From positions 8,956 through 72,955 of the forward strand of contig JAYNIA010000005.1 of NCBI GenBank assembly GCA_038108555.1: a stretch of 64,000 nucleotides of DNA. The letters are read 5' to 3'. The translations under genes and the position numbers were made by a program. Position 1 is the first letter of the stretch. Each line of letters starts with the position of its first letter. Below the pieces are notes generated by a model. It did no database searches. It was not told the origin of the DNA and worked only from the letters and a program-made list of their open reading frames with translations. This DNA comes from Nitrospinota bacterium (GTDB taxonomy: Bacteria > Nitrospinota > Nitrospinia > Nitrospinales > VA-1). Of this stretch, positions 26,110 to 37,574 are shown piece by piece.

Positions 26110-27363
26110 CTATTTTATACGACGTATTTGCGCACCCAGCTTGGATAATTTTTTTTCAATACTTACATAGCCACGATCAATATGATAAACCCGTGAGATT
26201 ATAGACTGCCCTTTTGCTGCCAACGCAGCGAGAACCAGCGAAGCACTTGCCCGTAAATCCGTGGCCATCAAGGGAGCGCCTGAAAGACCCTGCACTCCAT
26301 TAATAATAGCCGTATGACCATCCAATGAAATATCGGCCCCCATCCTTTTTAATTCTGCAACATGCATGAACCGATTTTCGAAAACGGTCTCAACGATAAT
26401 ACTCTGTCCTTGCGCCAATGTCATCAACGCCATAAATTGCGCCTGGATATCGGTTGGAAAACCCGGATAGGGATGGGTTTTAGCGTTAACGGAACCAATT
26501 GGCCCATTTCCCCTTACCCGGATTTTGTCTTCACCCACCTCAACATCCACCCGGGCTTCCTGAAGTTTCAAGGTAATAGGTTCTACATGTTTAGGCATGC
26601 AATTTTCTATCGTCACATCACCCTGTGTGATTGCAGCAGCAATCATGAATGTACCCGTTTCAATTCGGTCCGGGAAAATGGTGCATTCGATGGGATTGAT
26701 CGAAGTGGTTCCCTGAATGGTAATGATATCCGTACCATGACCTGAAATTTTTGCTCCTGCCTGATTTAAAATTTCAGCAAGGAAAACCACTTCAGGTTCT
26801 TTAGCAGCATTTTCAAGGACGGTTTCCCCCTCTGCCAATACCGCTGCCATCATTAAATTTGCAGTGCCTGTCACGGAAACAGTGTCAAAGTAAAATTGCA
26901 TTCCCTTGAGGCGATCAGTTTTACCCTGAACATAGCCTTGTTCAAGTGAAATCTTTGCCCCCATTGCCTCGAGTCCCTTGATATGAAGATCAATAGGCCG
27001 TGCCCCAATCGCACAACCTCCTGGCAAGGAAACCCGTGCCTGTCCCAGTTTGGCCAGCAAAGGTCCCAGCACAAGACACGAAGCCCGCATGGTAGACACC
27101 AGGTCGTAGGGTGCTTCCGGATTATCTGCATTTGATGTATCGAGAATGATTTTTTCGTTGCGGTAACTTTCTACCTTGGCACCTAAATCTTCCAGAAGTT
27201 TAATCATCGTGGCTACATCGCGAACTTTTGGGACTCCATCAATAATATTTCGTCCCCGGGTCAGCAATGTCGCAGCAAGAACAGGCAAGACCGCGTTCTT
27301 GGCACCGCTCATTTTCACCACTCCTTCAAGCGGCGTTCCTCCTTCAATAGCAATTTTATCCAT
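26110..27363 (-). CDS. murA: UDP-N-acetylglucosamine 1-carboxyvinyltransferase
   Basis: 417 aa, collinear with MurA (KNAVLPVLAA, active-site region LPGGCAIGARPID). Confidence 0.95.
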   Translation of the reverse strand: MDKIAIEGGTPLEGVVKMSGAKNAVLPVLAATLLTRGRNIIDGVPKVRDVATMIKLLEDLGAKVESYRNEKIILDTSNADNPEAPYDLVSTMRASCLVLGPLLAKLGQARVSLPGGCAIGARPIDLHIKGLEAMGAKISLEQGYVQGKTDRLKGMQFYFDTVSVTGTANLMMAAVLAEGETVLENAAKEPEVVFLAEILNQAGAKISGHGTDIITIQGTTSINPIECTIFPDRIETGTFMIAAAITQGDVTIENCMPKHVEPITLKLQEARVDVEVGEDKIRVRGNGPIGSVNAKTHPYPGFPTDIQAQFMALMTLAQGQSIIVETVFENRFMHVAELKRMGADISLDGHTAIINGVQGLSGAPLMATDLRASASLVLAALAAKGQSIISRVYHIDRGYVSIEKKLSKLGAQIRRIK

Positions 27364-28219
27364 TTGCGCTTTCTTTTTGAGCCTTGATCACGCGGTCATA
27401 TCCCGAATAATCTTTTATTACCTCAATATTTTTATAACAGGAAAACTTTTCTAAAAGGTCCGTCACTTTTTTCGCCTGGGAATGACCGATTTCTAAAATC
27501 AAAAATCCATTCTCTTCAAGCTTATCCACTGCTTTAGGAATAATATTCTTATAAAAATCCAATCCATCGTTCCCACCGTCCAATGCTTTAATGGGTTCAT
27601 AATTTTGAACCTCGGGCATAATTTTTTGGATGTCTTCAGAAGGAATGTAAGGTGGATTCGATAAAATCATAGAATATAGTCCCGGCCAACTGCCGTTTTT
27701 CATATCACTACAAATAAATTCGATCTTTCCTGCAACCCCATTGCGTAATGAGTTTTCTTTTGCGACACTCAACGCTTGGGGATCAATATCTATCGCAATA
27801 ACTTTGCAGTCTTCAATCTCTTTGGCCATAACAACAGAAAGAATTCCCGTCCCTGTTCCCAGATCCAAAATTCGGGCGGGAGCGGGTGGCATATATTTTA
27901 AAGCTGTTTCCACCAGGACTTCAGTTTCAGGCCTGGGACTTAATACATTCTCATTCACAATAAAATTGAGCGACCAGAACTCCTGATACCCAATGATTTG
28001 AGAAACAGGCTCACGTCTTCGCCGACGTTCTATATTTTGTTTTGCCAGAATTTTTTCGAGATCGTTTAGAACCCTTTCCGACTGGGTCCTGAGGTCTGTC
28101 CTGGAAAGTTTTAAGGTATGGGCAAGAATGATCTCGGAATCTAATCTCGGGGAGAGAACTCCCGCCTGAGCCAATTGATTTTGAGACCAATTAAGAAAAG
28201 AATCTATATTTGCATCCAT
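27356..28219 (-). CDS. prmC: release-factor glutamine N5-methyltransferase
   Basis: 287 aa. DLGTGTG SAM motif and NPPY. Directly downstream of prfA. Confidence 0.88.
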   Translation of the reverse strand: MDANIDSFLNWSQNQLAQAGVLSPRLDSEIILAHTLKLSRTDLRTQSERVLNDLEKILAKQNIERRRRREPVSQIIGYQEFWSLNFIVNENVLSPRPETEVLVETALKYMPPAPARILDLGTGTGILSVVMAKEIEDCKVIAIDIDPQALSVAKENSLRNGVAGKIEFICSDMKNGSWPGLYSMILSNPPYIPSEDIQKIMPEVQNYEPIKALDGGNDGLDFYKNIIPKAVDKLEENGFLILEIGHSQAKKVTDLLEKFSCYKNIEVIKDYSGYDRVIKAQKESANG

Positions 28220-28225
28220 CCTTTT

Positions 28226-29293
28226 TTAGACGTCGCCTTTTAAAGCTTCGGATTGAAAATGGAGACTCAGTGCATCGATGATCTCGTCAAGCCCCCCCTC
28301 CATTATGGAGGTCAATTTATGCAAGGTAAGCCCTATTCGGTGATCGGTTACACGCTCTTGCGGGAAATTATAGGTACGAATTCGTTCGCTGCGATCCCCT
28401 GACCCGACCTGTTGTTTTCTTTTGCTGGCCTGTTCATCGTGCATCTTTTTTTGTTCTTCATCATATAATCGGGCTCTCAAAACTTTCATCGCCTTATCCC
28501 GGTTTTTATGTTGCGACTTTTCATCCTGACAGGTAACGATCATTCCCGTGGGAACGTAGGTGAGTCGAACTGCCGAGTCTGTGGTATTTACACTTTGTCC
28601 ACCCGGACCCGATGCGCGATACACATCAATTTTAATATCTGAAGGGTTGATCTTTATATCCACATCCTCCACTTCAGGGAGAATGGCTACCGTTACCGCA
28701 GATGTGTGAATTCGCCCCTGGCTTTCCGTATCAGGAACCCGTTGTACACGATGGGTGCCGCCTTCATATTTCAATTTACTGTAGACTCCCTTCCCGGTGA
28801 TACTAAAAATCACTTCCTTGAATCCCCCTTTGCCGGTCAGGTTGGAGCTTAGTATTTCTACCTGCCACCTTTTTTCTTCTGCAAACCGGGAATACATTCT
28901 AAACAGGTCATTCGAAAACAACGCTGCCTCTTCCCCGCCTGTCCCTGCGCGAATTTCAACAATGACGTTTCTTTCATCACGAGGGTCTTTGGGTAAAAGG
29001 AGAATTTTTAAATCTTCTTCGGCTTTCTTTTTTTGGGTTTCTACTTGAGCAAGATCTTCTTCTGCCATCTCAAGAAGTTCCGGATCGCTTTCTTCTTCCA
29101 GGATTTTTTTACTGTCCTCAAGCTGTTTGACATAATTTTGCAAGTCCTGAAACCGGTTGACTATAGGTGCCAGTTCAGATTGCTCTTTCGCGTATTTCTG
29201 GAATTCAGATTGCTGTGCAATGATTTTAGGATCACTGAGCAGATCATTGAGATCGTTGTAACGTTTTTCAACCGTTTTCAACTTATCAAACAT
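28226..29293 (-). CDS. prfA: peptide chain release factor 1
   Basis: 355 aa. GGQ motif SGPGGQSVN and the RF1-type region [14 protein letters not shown]. Confidence 0.95.
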   Translation of the reverse strand: MFDKLKTVEKRYNDLNDLLSDPKIIAQQSEFQKYAKEQSELAPIVNRFQDLQNYVKQLEDSKKILEEESDPELLEMAEEDLAQVETQKKKAEEDLKILLLPKDPRDERNVIVEIRAGTGGEEAALFSNDLFRMYSRFAEEKRWQVEILSSNLTGKGGFKEVIFSITGKGVYSKLKYEGGTHRVQRVPDTESQGRIHTSAVTVAILPEVEDVDIKINPSDIKIDVYRASGPGGQSVNTTDSAVRLTYVPTGMIVTCQDEKSQHKNRDKAMKVLRARLYDEEQKKMHDEQASKRKQQVGSGDRSERIRTYNFPQERVTDHRIGLTLHKLTSIMEGGLDEIIDALSLHFQSEALKGDV

Positions 29294-29344
29294 GGGAGAT
29301 TCCGTACCTGGCGGAAAAATCAGGGGAAAGGGAAGAGGGAGAAG

Positions 29345-29572
29345 CTATTGGGGACTTGCAGATTCCTGTGGTTTTGCTTTGGCGTATTTGCGCTTGAATT
29401 TTTCAATGCGTCCCGCCGTATCCAGAAGTTTTTGTTTCCCTGTAAAAAAAGGATGGCAAGCTGAACAAATTTCCACATGCAAATCTTTAAGGGTCGTTCG
29501 TGTTTCCACTTCAGCCCCACAAGCACAACGGACTTTTGTTTCGAAATATTCTGGATGAATGCTTTCTTTCAT
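29345..29572 (-). CDS. rpmE: 50S ribosomal protein L31
   Basis: 75 aa. MKESIHPEY...CACG...[13 protein letters not shown], the Zn-binding type. Confidence 0.92.
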   Translation of the reverse strand: MKESIHPEYFETKVRCACGAEVETRTTLKDLHVEICSACHPFFTGKQKLLDTAGRIEKFKRKYAKAKPQESASPQ

Positions 29573-29582
29573 TGTTTCACCG

Positions 29583-30854
29583 TCAAGAGTTCATAGTCGA
29601 CAGAAATTCTGCGTTCGTTTTTGATTCCTTAATTTTCTGCAAGAGAAGGTCCATCGTATCATGAATGCCCATGGGTAGCAAAACTTTTCTCAATAGCCAG
29701 ACGCGCTGGAGATCCGCCTCGGGAAGAAGAAGCTCCTCTTTTCGAGTGCCTGAGCGGTTGATATCGATGGAGGGGAAGGTTCTCTTATCCGCCAGTTTGC
29801 GGTCGAGAACGATTTCCATGTTACCCGTACCTTTAAATTCTTCAAAAATAACATCGTCCATTCGGCTGCCTGTGTCAACCAGGGCAGTGGCTATAATGGT
29901 AAGGCTTCCACCCTCTTCCAGGTTTCTGGCCGCACCAAAGAATCTCTTCGGTCGTTGCAAGGCATTGGAATCGACACCGCCTGACAATACTTTTCCGCTG
30001 GGAGGAACTATGGCGTTATAAGCTCGAGCCAGCCGGGTAATACTGTCGAGTAAAATTACGACGTCGCGCTTGTGTTCTACCAACCTTTTAGCCTTTTCAA
30101 TGACCATTTCCGCCACCTGTACATGTCGCTGGGCCGGTTCATCAAAGGTGGAGCTGATTACCTCGCCCCGAACCGAGCGCTCCATATCTGTCACTTCCTC
30201 CGGCCTTTCATCAATCAGAAGAACGATCAAGGCGATTTCCGGATAATTGGTACTGATGCTGTTTGCAACCGATTGCAGCAACATGGTTTTACCCGTACGG
30301 GGAGGAGCAACAATAAGTCCGCGTTGTCCTTTTCCAATTGGCGTCATCAGGTCCATGACCCGGGCGCTGTAATCCTTCCCACCGGGCGTTTCCAAACGAA
30401 TGCGCTCTTCAGGATAAAGTGGAGTGAGATTATCGAATAATATTTTGTCTTTGGTCTTGTCGGGATTCTCAAAGTTGATGGCCTCTACCTTCAACAAAGC
30501 AAAGTAGCGCTCACTGTCTTTCGGAGGCCGAATCTGACCGGAGATGGTGTCTCCGGTTCGCATGTCAAATTTTCTGATTTGCGAAGGAGAAACATATATA
30601 TCATCGGGACCCGGCAGATAATTATAAGTCGGTGCCCTTAGGAAACCGAACCCATCCGGTAGTATCTCCAATACCCCCTGGCCAAACATCAAACCATCTT
30701 TTTCGGTCTTGGCCTCCAGGATTCTGAAAATCAGGTCCTGCTTTCTGAGACCACTGTGGCCCTGGATTTTCAAATCTTTGGCAATATTAGTGAGCTCGGA
30801 TATGGTTTTAGACTTGAGTTCTTCGATGTTCATTTGTGTCATGGCTTGTGGCAT
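29583..30854 (-). CDS. rho: transcription termination factor Rho
   Basis: 423 aa. N-terminal RNA-binding domain and P-loop APPRTGKT. Start could be one of the nearby internal Met codons. Confidence 0.95.
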   Translation of the reverse strand: MPQAMTQMNIEELKSKTISELTNIAKDLKIQGHSGLRKQDLIFRILEAKTEKDGLMFGQGVLEILPDGFGFLRAPTYNYLPGPDDIYVSPSQIRKFDMRTGDTISGQIRPPKDSERYFALLKVEAINFENPDKTKDKILFDNLTPLYPEERIRLETPGGKDYSARVMDLMTPIGKGQRGLIVAPPRTGKTMLLQSVANSISTNYPEIALIVLLIDERPEEVTDMERSVRGEVISSTFDEPAQRHVQVAEMVIEKAKRLVEHKRDVVILLDSITRLARAYNAIVPPSGKVLSGGVDSNALQRPKRFFGAARNLEEGGSLTIIATALVDTGSRMDDVIFEEFKGTGNMEIVLDRKLADKRTFPSIDINRSGTRKEELLLPEADLQRVWLLRKVLLPMGIHDTMDLLLQKIKESKTNAEFLSTMNS

Positions 30855-31028
30855 CTTTGAGGTGAGAGTAAGACCGATCTGGTTTTGTTTTTGGTGGATT
30901 TTAAATCAGGTAGCGTAAATCAATTTAAAATGGTTTCTAAAATAACTAACGGCGAAAGCTAGAAAAAATTTAGCTGATATGTGATTGGATTTTTTAGGGA
31001 TATGTCAGGGAGCTTTCGGAGCTTACTC

Positions 31029-31057
31029 ACTCTATCCAGTTCTTTCCCATTTGTCAA
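31029..31057 (-). promoter_or_regulatory. candidate promoter for rho (would give a ~170 nt leader)
   Basis: Minus strand reads TTGACA (31057-31052), a 17 nt spacer, then TAGAGT (31034-31029). Confidence 0.4.
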
Positions 31058-31158
31058 CCCCTTTCTACCATTTCAACCGAACCGCATTAATCTTCTGATC
31101 ACTTTTCCATTGGAATTGTTTTTAAAAACGGAGGATCGCAAAAGACCCATCCCCCGGG

Positions 31159-31187
31159 TTGACTCATCAAAGTTTGGCAGGCAAAAT
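31159..31187 (+). promoter_or_regulatory. weak candidate promoter for the ykgJ-family gene
   Basis: TTGACT, a 17 nt spacer, then CAAAAT. Lies 49 nt upstream of the ATG at 31236. Confidence 0.25.
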
Positions 31188-31235
31188 AGCCCCCGATATT
31201 CAAAACCATTACCCTGAACATTTAAGGATAGCTTC

Positions 31236-31652
31236 ATGGCTAATACAAAAAGCAAAAGAGATGACACTCATCAATGTGAAAAATGCCTTCCGGCTTATTG
31301 CTGTAATTATTTTGCATTTGGAATAGATGAACCTGAAGACCGGCGCGACTATGAAAGCCTTTTATGGAAAATTGCCCATGAAAATGTTTCCATTTATATT
31401 TACCGTCAAGACTGGTTCATCATGATCCATAATCGATGCAATTTTTTAATGCCTGACAACAAATGTGCCATTTATGAGCACCGTCCCTATATGTGCCGTG
31501 AACACAGCACCGAGTCCTGCGAATATACCGGGGATGACTATGGCTTTACAGAGCACTTCAAAAGCTATGATGATTTGTTGATGTATATTAAGGAAAACAC
31601 CAATTTCAGGTTTAAGCACGGACCAACGGGGGTGGGACCCAACTGCCTTTAG
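31236..31652 (+). CDS. YkgJ-family cysteine-cluster protein
   Basis: 138 aa. CEKCLPAYCC ... CNFL..DNKCAIYEHRPYMCREH pattern. The only plus-strand gene in the housekeeping block. Confidence 0.7.
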   Translation: MANTKSKRDDTHQCEKCLPAYCCNYFAFGIDEPEDRRDYESLLWKIAHENVSIYIYRQDWFIMIHNRCNFLMPDNKCAIYEHRPYMCREHSTESCEYTGDDYGFTEHFKSYDDLLMYIKENTNFRFKHGPTGVGPNCL

Positions 31653-31664
31653 GAGTACCTTTTA

Positions 31665-32237
31665 CTATTTATCTTCTTTTTTCTTTGCGGCAGGTTTTTT
31701 GGGCTCAGCTTTCTTTTTGGTCTCTTTTTTTGGTTTTTCTTCGGCTTCTTTTTTTGTTTCTTTTTTATCCGCAGCTTTTTTCTCGGTCGCCTTCGGCTTT
31801 GTTTCTTTTTTAGCTGCGGCTTTCTTAGGAGCCTCTTTTTTTGCGGCTTCCTTTGTTTTTTGCGGAGCGGGGGCTTCCCCTTCCCGGTCTACCAGTTCGA
31901 TGAAGGCCATTGGAGCATTGTCACCGCGTCGAGGCCCTATCTTGATAATACGGGTATACCCTCCCGGACGGTTGGCATAACGTTCTGCAAGATCTCCGAA
32001 TACTTTATGCACCGCTTCTTTTTGCGGTGCCAATTTGAAAGCCAGTCTCCTCGCATGGAGTGTTCCTTTTTTACCCAAAGTAATCGTCTTCTCTACTTTT
32101 CCGCGAAGCTCTTTGGCTTTAGCCAGAGTAGTTCTGATTCTTTCTCTCTGGATCAAGGCTCCGACCAGATTGCGAAAAAGCGCTTTCCTGTGGGCGGAAG
32201 TTCTCCCGAATTTTCTACCTGCTTTCAAATGCCGCAT
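31665..32237 (-). CDS. rplQ: 50S ribosomal protein L17 with ~70 aa Lys/Ala/Glu-rich C-terminal extension
   Basis: N-terminal ~120 aa is canonical L17 ([17 protein letters not shown]...). The remainder is [21 protein letters not shown]... low complexity. Confidence 0.92.
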   Translation of the reverse strand: MRHLKAGRKFGRTSAHRKALFRNLVGALIQRERIRTTLAKAKELRGKVEKTITLGKKGTLHARRLAFKLAPQKEAVHKVFGDLAERYANRPGGYTRIIKIGPRRGDNAPMAFIELVDREGEAPAPQKTKEAAKKEAPKKAAAKKETKPKATEKKAADKKETKKEAEEKPKKETKKKAEPKKPAAKKKEDK

Positions 32238-32263
32238 TGGGGGTTTTGCTCCTTAAAAAATAC

Positions 32264-33292
32264 TTATTGTTCAGGTTCAGCTTCTACTTCTTTTTTCTTC
32301 TGAGCCTGACTGATTTGTTTTAAATCTTCTTCTTCAACCTTCATACCCAGATGGAGGCCCATCTCTTCGAGAATTTCTTTGATTTCATTCAAAGATTTTC
32401 TACCAAAGTTTCTCGTTTTGAGCATTTCACCATCTGTTTTGGTCACCAATTCTGCAATGGTCTGGATGTTGGCATTCTTCAAACAATTGTAGGAGCGAAC
32501 GGAAAGCTCAAGCTCTTCTACACATTTAGCCATATTGCCCAGCATCTTCTGTTTTTTCTCATCCACCTGTGGCATGACCGGTTCAGGCTCTTCATCAAAG
32601 TTGATGAAAATCTGCATATGGTCTTTTACAATTTTTGCAGCATGTGCCACCGCATCTTCGGGTGTAATACCGCCATTGGTCCACAGTTCCATGACCAGTG
32701 AATCATAGTCACTGGACTGTCCCACCCGGGTGTTTTCCACATGATAGGAAATTTTTTCAATGGGTGAGAAGTTGGCATCAATCGGAATCATTTGCACAGA
32801 TTCATTTTCGATAACATGCTTGTCGGCCGATACATATCCGCGACCTTTCCTGACAATCATTTCCATATCCACTTTGGCACTCTGGTCAATGGTCAGAATT
32901 ACATGATCGGGATTCAGAATTTCAACATCCGGATCGGCAACAATATCTTTGGCACAAACCGTCCCTGCTTCCGATGCCTTTATATAGATTCGTTTGGAAT
33001 CTGCCTCACCTGTCAATTTGAGGTTAAGCTGCTTGATGTTGAGGATGATCTCGGTAACATCTTCAACCACTCCAGGGATGGAAGAGAACTCATGGAAGAT
33101 TCCCTCAAACTTAACCGCTACAACCGCCGCCCCTTCAATAGAAGACAGAAGCATTCTGCGGAGAGAGTTTCCGATGGTTACTCCAAATCCACGTTCGAAT
33201 GGACCTGCACTTAATTTTCCGTAATATTCAGACCGGTTTTTCTTATCAAATTCTAATCGCTTAGGTTTAACGATACCCTGGGCTGTGAACAT
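32264..33292 (-). CDS. rpoA: DNA-directed RNA polymerase subunit alpha
   Basis: Collinear RpoA. I prefer ATG at 33292 ([11 protein letters not shown]...) because GGAGG lies 4 nt upstream; the ORF track extends to 33325. Confidence 0.93.
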   Translation of the reverse strand: MFTAQGIVKPKRLEFDKKNRSEYYGKLSAGPFERGFGVTIGNSLRRMLLSSIEGAAVVAVKFEGIFHEFSSIPGVVEDVTEIILNIKQLNLKLTGEADSKRIYIKASEAGTVCAKDIVADPDVEILNPDHVILTIDQSAKVDMEMIVRKGRGYVSADKHVIENESVQMIPIDANFSPIEKISYHVENTRVGQSSDYDSLVMELWTNGGITPEDAVAHAAKIVKDHMQIFINFDEEPEPVMPQVDEKKQKMLGNMAKCVEELELSVRSYNCLKNANIQTIAELVTKTDGEMLKTRNFGRKSLNEIKEILEEMGLHLGMKVEEEDLKQISQAQKKKEVEAEPEQ

Positions 33293-33351
33293 AAAGCCTC
33301 CGACCCCAAATTCGGGTCTCATCAATTGTTAATTATTTAGTGAATGACTGC

Positions 33352-33978
33352 TTATCTTGAATAGAGTTCTACAATCAACTGTTCTTCAATCGGCAACTTA
33401 ACATCGTCCCTTGTAGGCATACTTTGAACAATCCCTTGTTTGCTATCCGAATCAAACGAAAGCCATTCGGGCAGGGTTTTTTCTTTAATATTTGCAATTG
33501 CCTCATTTACGGGTTTCTTTTTACTTTTGTTGGGATTGGGCGTGATAACATCCCCCTGCTTAAGAATATAAGAAGGGACGTTCATTTTCTTTCCATTAAC
33601 ATTGAAATGTTTATGGCGCACCAACTGGCGAGCAGCATTTCTGGAAGGTGCCAGTCCCATTCGGTATATCACATTATCAAACCTTAATTCCAGGTTTTGC
33701 AGCAGATTTTCACCCGTAACCCCTTTTTTTCTATCTGCTTTAAAAAAGTAGTTTCGAAAAGGTTTTTCTAAAACACCATAAATTCGTTTTACTTTTTGCT
33801 TTTCACGAAGCTGGATGCCATATTCAGAGAACTTGGTGCGTCCCTGTCCATGTTGGCCGGGAGGATAGGCTCTTTTTTCAATAGCACATTTCGCCGTCTC
33901 ACAACGGGAACCTTTTAAATATAGTTTTATTCCCTCTCGCCGACAAAGTCGACAAACAGAACCTCGATACCTGGCCAA
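33352..33978 (-). CDS. rpsD: 30S ribosomal protein S4
   Basis: 208 aa, [16 protein letters not shown]..., at the canonical position. Confidence 0.95.
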   Translation of the reverse strand: MARYRGSVCRLCRREGIKLYLKGSRCETAKCAIEKRAYPPGQHGQGRTKFSEYGIQLREKQKVKRIYGVLEKPFRNYFFKADRKKGVTGENLLQNLELRFDNVIYRMGLAPSRNAARQLVRHKHFNVNGKKMNVPSYILKQGDVITPNPNKSKKKPVNEAIANIKEKTLPEWLSFDSDSKQGIVQSMPTRDDVKLPIEEQLIVELYSR

Positions 33979-34006
33979 ATTCAGCTTCTCCTTTCAGGAT
34001 TAAACA

Positions 34007-34396
34007 TTAGACTCTTCTCCGTTTTCTGGGACGGCAACCATTGTGTGGAATGGGTGTCTTATCTCGAATAACGAGAATTTCCATTCCAGCAGCTTGCAGG
34101 GAACGGATCGCAGACTCACGTCCGGACCCCGGACCTTTTACATGAACTTCAAGTTTTCTCATTCCCATATCCCGCGCTTTGACAGCCGCTTTGTCGGCAG
34201 CCACCTGGGCAGCAAAGGGAGTGCTTTTTCTCGATCCCTTAAAACCCTGTGCTCCAGCACTTGACCAAGACACCACATTTCCAGACATATCTGAAATGGT
34301 GATGATGGTATTGTTAAAAGTTGCACGAATATGTGCGACCCCTACCTCGGGAGCAGTTTTTTGTTTTTTCTTACCGGTTTTGGATTTTTTATCCAT
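34007..34396 (-). CDS. rpsK: 30S ribosomal protein S11
   Basis: 129 aa, canonical S11 core and operon position. Confidence 0.95.
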   Translation of the reverse strand: MDKKSKTGKKKQKTAPEVGVAHIRATFNNTIITISDMSGNVVSWSSAGAQGFKGSRKSTPFAAQVAADKAAVKARDMGMRKLEVHVKGPGSGRESAIRSLQAAGMEILVIRDKTPIPHNGCRPRKRRRV

Positions 34397-34429
34397 TAAA
34401 TTTCTTTCTCCAGATTTTTAATTACGTCC

Positions 34430-34801
34430 CTATTTCTTGGCACGGGCTCCGACCGTTTTCTTCGGACCTTTTCGAGTTCGCGCATTCGTGTGAGTTCTTT
34501 GTCCATGGACGGGCAAACCCCTTCGGTGCCTGAGACCTCGATAGGCACTTATATCCATCAGTCGCTTGATGTTCAAGGTCACATTTCGTCTAAGGTCCCC
34601 TTCCACTTCATATTCTTTATCTATGATATTTCGGATTCGCGTCACCTCTTCCTCCGTCAAGTCCTTCATCCTTATGGTTTCACCCACTTGGGCTTTTTGA
34701 AGGATCTCTTTTGAGGTGGTCCTGCCTACCCCATAAATATAGGTCAGGGCAATCCAGGCCGGTTTTTCTTTTGGAATATCAACACCTGCTATTCGTGCCA
34801 C
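34430..34801 (-). CDS. rpsM: 30S ribosomal protein S13
   Basis: 123 aa, [10 protein letters not shown]..., canonical. Confidence 0.95.
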   Translation of the reverse strand: MARIAGVDIPKEKPAWIALTYIYGVGRTTSKEILQKAQVGETIRMKDLTEEEVTRIRNIIDKEYEVEGDLRRNVTLNIKRLMDISAYRGLRHRRGLPVHGQRTHTNARTRKGPKKTVGARAKK

Positions 34802-34811
34802 GGTTTCTCCT

Positions 34812-34925
34812 TTAGCCTTGTCGCTGTTTATGTTTCGGGTTTTCGCAAATCACCCGTACCACCCCGCGACGGCGAATTACTTTACATTTCATGCAAATAG
34901 GTTTGACAGAAGCTCTTACTTTCAT
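34812..34925 (-). CDS. rpmJ: 50S ribosomal protein L36 (not in the ORF track; 37 aa)
   Basis: Hand translation of the minus strand: [40 protein letters not shown] stop. Lies between infA and rpsM as expected. Confidence 0.93.
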   Translation of the reverse strand: MKVRASVKPICMKCKVIRRRGVVRVICENPKHKQRQG

Positions 34926-34939
34926 AATCCTAATCCTTC

Positions 34940-35158
34940 TTATTTGTATCTATAAGTGATTCGACCCCGGGTCAAATCGTAGGGGGATAACTGCACTTTC
35001 ACCTTGTCGCCGGAAAGTATGCGAATGAAATGCATGCGCATTTTCCCTGAAATATGCGCCAATACCTTGTGGCCATTTTCCAGCTCAACGCGGAACATTG
35101 CATTCGGCAATGGTTCCAGAATTGTACCCTCTACTTCTATCGATTCTTCTTTAGACAT
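34940..35158 (-). CDS. infA: translation initiation factor IF-1
   Basis: 72 aa, canonical IF-1 sequence. Confidence 0.95.
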   Translation of the reverse strand: MSKEESIEVEGTILEPLPNAMFRVELENGHKVLAHISGKMRMHFIRILSGDKVKVQLSPYDLTRGRITYRYK

Positions 35159-35161
35159 TCG

Positions 35162-35803
35162 TCATTCAATCATCCCACAGATTCGAGAAAAAATTTCTTC
35201 GACGGAACCCTTTGCAGCAACCGTTTTCAGGTTTCCCTCACCGCTATAAAACTCTTTAAGAGGAGCGGTTTCCTCTGCGTACACTTTTAGTCTCTTCTCT
35301 ATCGTCTCCCGGTTATCATCTGGCCTTTGGGCCAGAGTGCCGCCACAGGCGTCACATATACCGGGCTTTTTGGGCGGACGTGATTTTTGATGGAACATTG
35401 CTCCACAATCAGAACAAGTGCTACGCCCTACCAACCTTTCGACAACCTCACCCTGATCCACTTCCAGGTCAATAACGCTGTCTATCCCCAGACCCAGGCC
35501 ATTCAAAGTTTCTGAAAGCATTTTTGCCTGGGCATTATTCCTGGGAAACCCATCCAGAATGAATCCGTTTTCACAATCTTCCAGGCGAATTCGTTCTTTA
35601 ATCATGCCCATGACGACATCATCAGGCACTAACTGTCCTGCATCCATAACCGATTTGGCACGGGCTCCCAATTCGGTATTATCCTTTACCGCCTGTCTTA
35701 AAATATCCCCGGTGGAAATTTGCGGGATATGAAATTTTTCTTTCAGCAATTGTGCCTGGGTACCCTTCCCGGCACCCGGGGGTCCTAAAAGAATCAATCT
35801 CAT
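35162..35803 (-). CDS. adk: adenylate kinase (Cys4 zinc-lid type)
   Basis: 213 aa. GPPGAGKGTQ P-loop. Lid has CSDCG ... CDACGG. Confidence 0.95.
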   Translation of the reverse strand: MRLILLGPPGAGKGTQAQLLKEKFHIPQISTGDILRQAVKDNTELGARAKSVMDAGQLVPDDVVMGMIKERIRLEDCENGFILDGFPRNNAQAKMLSETLNGLGLGIDSVIDLEVDQGEVVERLVGRSTCSDCGAMFHQKSRPPKKPGICDACGGTLAQRPDDNRETIEKRLKVYAEETAPLKEFYSGEGNLKTVAAKGSVEEIFSRICGMIE

Positions 35804-35806
35804 CGA

Positions 35807-37120
35807 TTAGCCTCTTCGGCTTTTCAAACGCCCCTTTTTCACAAAACCATCGTAATTTCTCATTACCAAGTGGGACTCTATTTGTTGCATAGTATCCAAG
35901 GAAACGCCCACCACGATCAACAAGCTGGTTCCACCGAAGTAAAACGGAATGTTGAAGTATTTTATCAAATAATCTGGCAAAATACAGACTAAAGACAGAT
36001 ACAGCCCCCCATAGAACGTGAGTCTTGAGAGAATCGTGTCGATGTACTCGGATGTTTTTGTACCCGGTCGAATTCCTGGCACATATCCACCGTGCTTTTT
36101 CATATTGTCAGCAACATCTACGGGATTGAAAATAACCGCCGTATAGAAGTAACAAAAGAAAAATATAGCACCTACAAAAATCAAACTATATATGATCGTC
36201 CCCGGGGTCAATGCGGCTGAAACCGACTGCATCCAGGGATGACTGATAAACTGCGCAATTGTCGCCGGAAACATGATGATCGATGAGGCAAAAATCGGCG
36301 GAATAACCCCCGATGTGTTCACCTTCAATGGCAGATGCGTAGACTGCCCGCCCATCATTTTCCTCCCCACTACCCTTTTTGCATACTGGATGGGGATACG
36401 ACGTTGCCCTCCTTCTGTAAAAACAATGGCCCCGACAACAACCACCATTAAAACCAGAAGAAAAAGCATAACGAGCACTGACATTTCGCCTGTACCCATT
36501 AAATCCAAAGACTGAAATATTGCTGAAGGTGTCCCAGCAACAATCCCGGAAAAGATAATCAGGGAAATACCGTTACCAATTCCCCTTTCCGTAATTTGCT
36601 CCCCCAACCACATCAGGAACGAAGTTCCCGCAGTAAGCGTAATGATCGTCATCAATCGGAACGACCAACCGGGTTCCGGAACAATGGGGCTGCCCCCGGG
36701 GCTTTTCATTGCTTCAAGCCCAACTGCAATACCAGATCCTTGTATGGTACTCAATAACACCGTTCCATAACGGGTGTATTGAGTAATCTTTTTTTGCCCT
36801 TGTTCTCCCTCCTTTTTCAATCTCGCCAGGTAGGGTGAAACAATGGTCATCAGCTGCAAAATAATGGATGCGCTGATATAGGGCATGATACCCAATGCAA
36901 ATATGGTCAACCGGCTCAATGCACCGCCGGAAAACATATCAAAAAAACCAAGAATGGTTCCCTGGGCTCGGGCAAACAATTCTGCCAAAGCTACAGAGTT
37001 GATCCCCGGAGTGGGTATATGCGCCCCGATCCGGTAGACCACCAGCAATCCCAGAGTAAAAAGAATTCTCTTTTTTAACTCTGGAACTCGAAATATATTA
37101 CCGAAACTTTCTGCGGCCAT
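35807..37120 (-). CDS. secY: preprotein translocase subunit SecY
   Basis: 437 aa polytopic membrane protein collinear with SecY, at the spc-operon position. Confidence 0.95.
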   Translation of the reverse strand: MAAESFGNIFRVPELKKRILFTLGLLVVYRIGAHIPTPGINSVALAELFARAQGTILGFFDMFSGGALSRLTIFALGIMPYISASIILQLMTIVSPYLARLKKEGEQGQKKITQYTRYGTVLLSTIQGSGIAVGLEAMKSPGGSPIVPEPGWSFRLMTIITLTAGTSFLMWLGEQITERGIGNGISLIIFSGIVAGTPSAIFQSLDLMGTGEMSVLVMLFLLVLMVVVVGAIVFTEGGQRRIPIQYAKRVVGRKMMGGQSTHLPLKVNTSGVIPPIFASSIIMFPATIAQFISHPWMQSVSAALTPGTIIYSLIFVGAIFFFCYFYTAVIFNPVDVADNMKKHGGYVPGIRPGTKTSEYIDTILSRLTFYGGLYLSLVCILPDYLIKYFNIPFYFGGTSLLIVVGVSLDTMQQIESHLVMRNYDGFVKKGRLKSRRG

Positions 37121-37561
37121 TTAGAGGTTTACAGCCTTTCCCCCGGACTTTTCAATTTTTGCCTGGGCTGATCCGCTGAACTTGTGCGCATGCACTGTGA
37201 GCGATTCCTTCAACTCCCCTGCCCCAAGAATTTTTACGGCTCCTGTCTTTTTTATCAACCCCTTTTCCTTCATGACTTCAGGGGTTACCGGGTCAGCGCC
37301 TGCGCATTTTGCAAGTTGCTCTACATTCACAATTTCATAATACTTCTTGAAAATATTCGTGAACCCGCGCTTGGGCAGCCTTCGGTAAAGCGGCATCTGG
37401 CCTCCCTCAAACCAGGGGGGCATTTTTCCTCCAGAGCGACTATTTTGCCCCTTTTGCCCCTTGCCTGAGGTCTTTCCAGTTCCAGACCCTATTCCACGAC
37501 CGATCCGCTTCCGGTTTTTCCTTCCACCCGCCGGTCCTTTTAAATTAGATAATTGCAACAT
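37121..37561 (-). CDS. rplO: 50S ribosomal protein L15
   Basis: 146 aa, Gly/Lys/Arg-rich N-terminus typical of L15. Confidence 0.93.
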   Translation of the reverse strand: MLQLSNLKGPAGGRKNRKRIGRGIGSGTGKTSGKGQKGQNSRSGGKMPPWFEGGQMPLYRRLPKRGFTNIFKKYYEIVNVEQLAKCAGADPVTPEVMKEKGLIKKTGAVKILGAGELKESLTVHAHKFSGSAQAKIEKSGGKAVNL

Positions 37562-37574
37562 ATATTTTCCTCGA

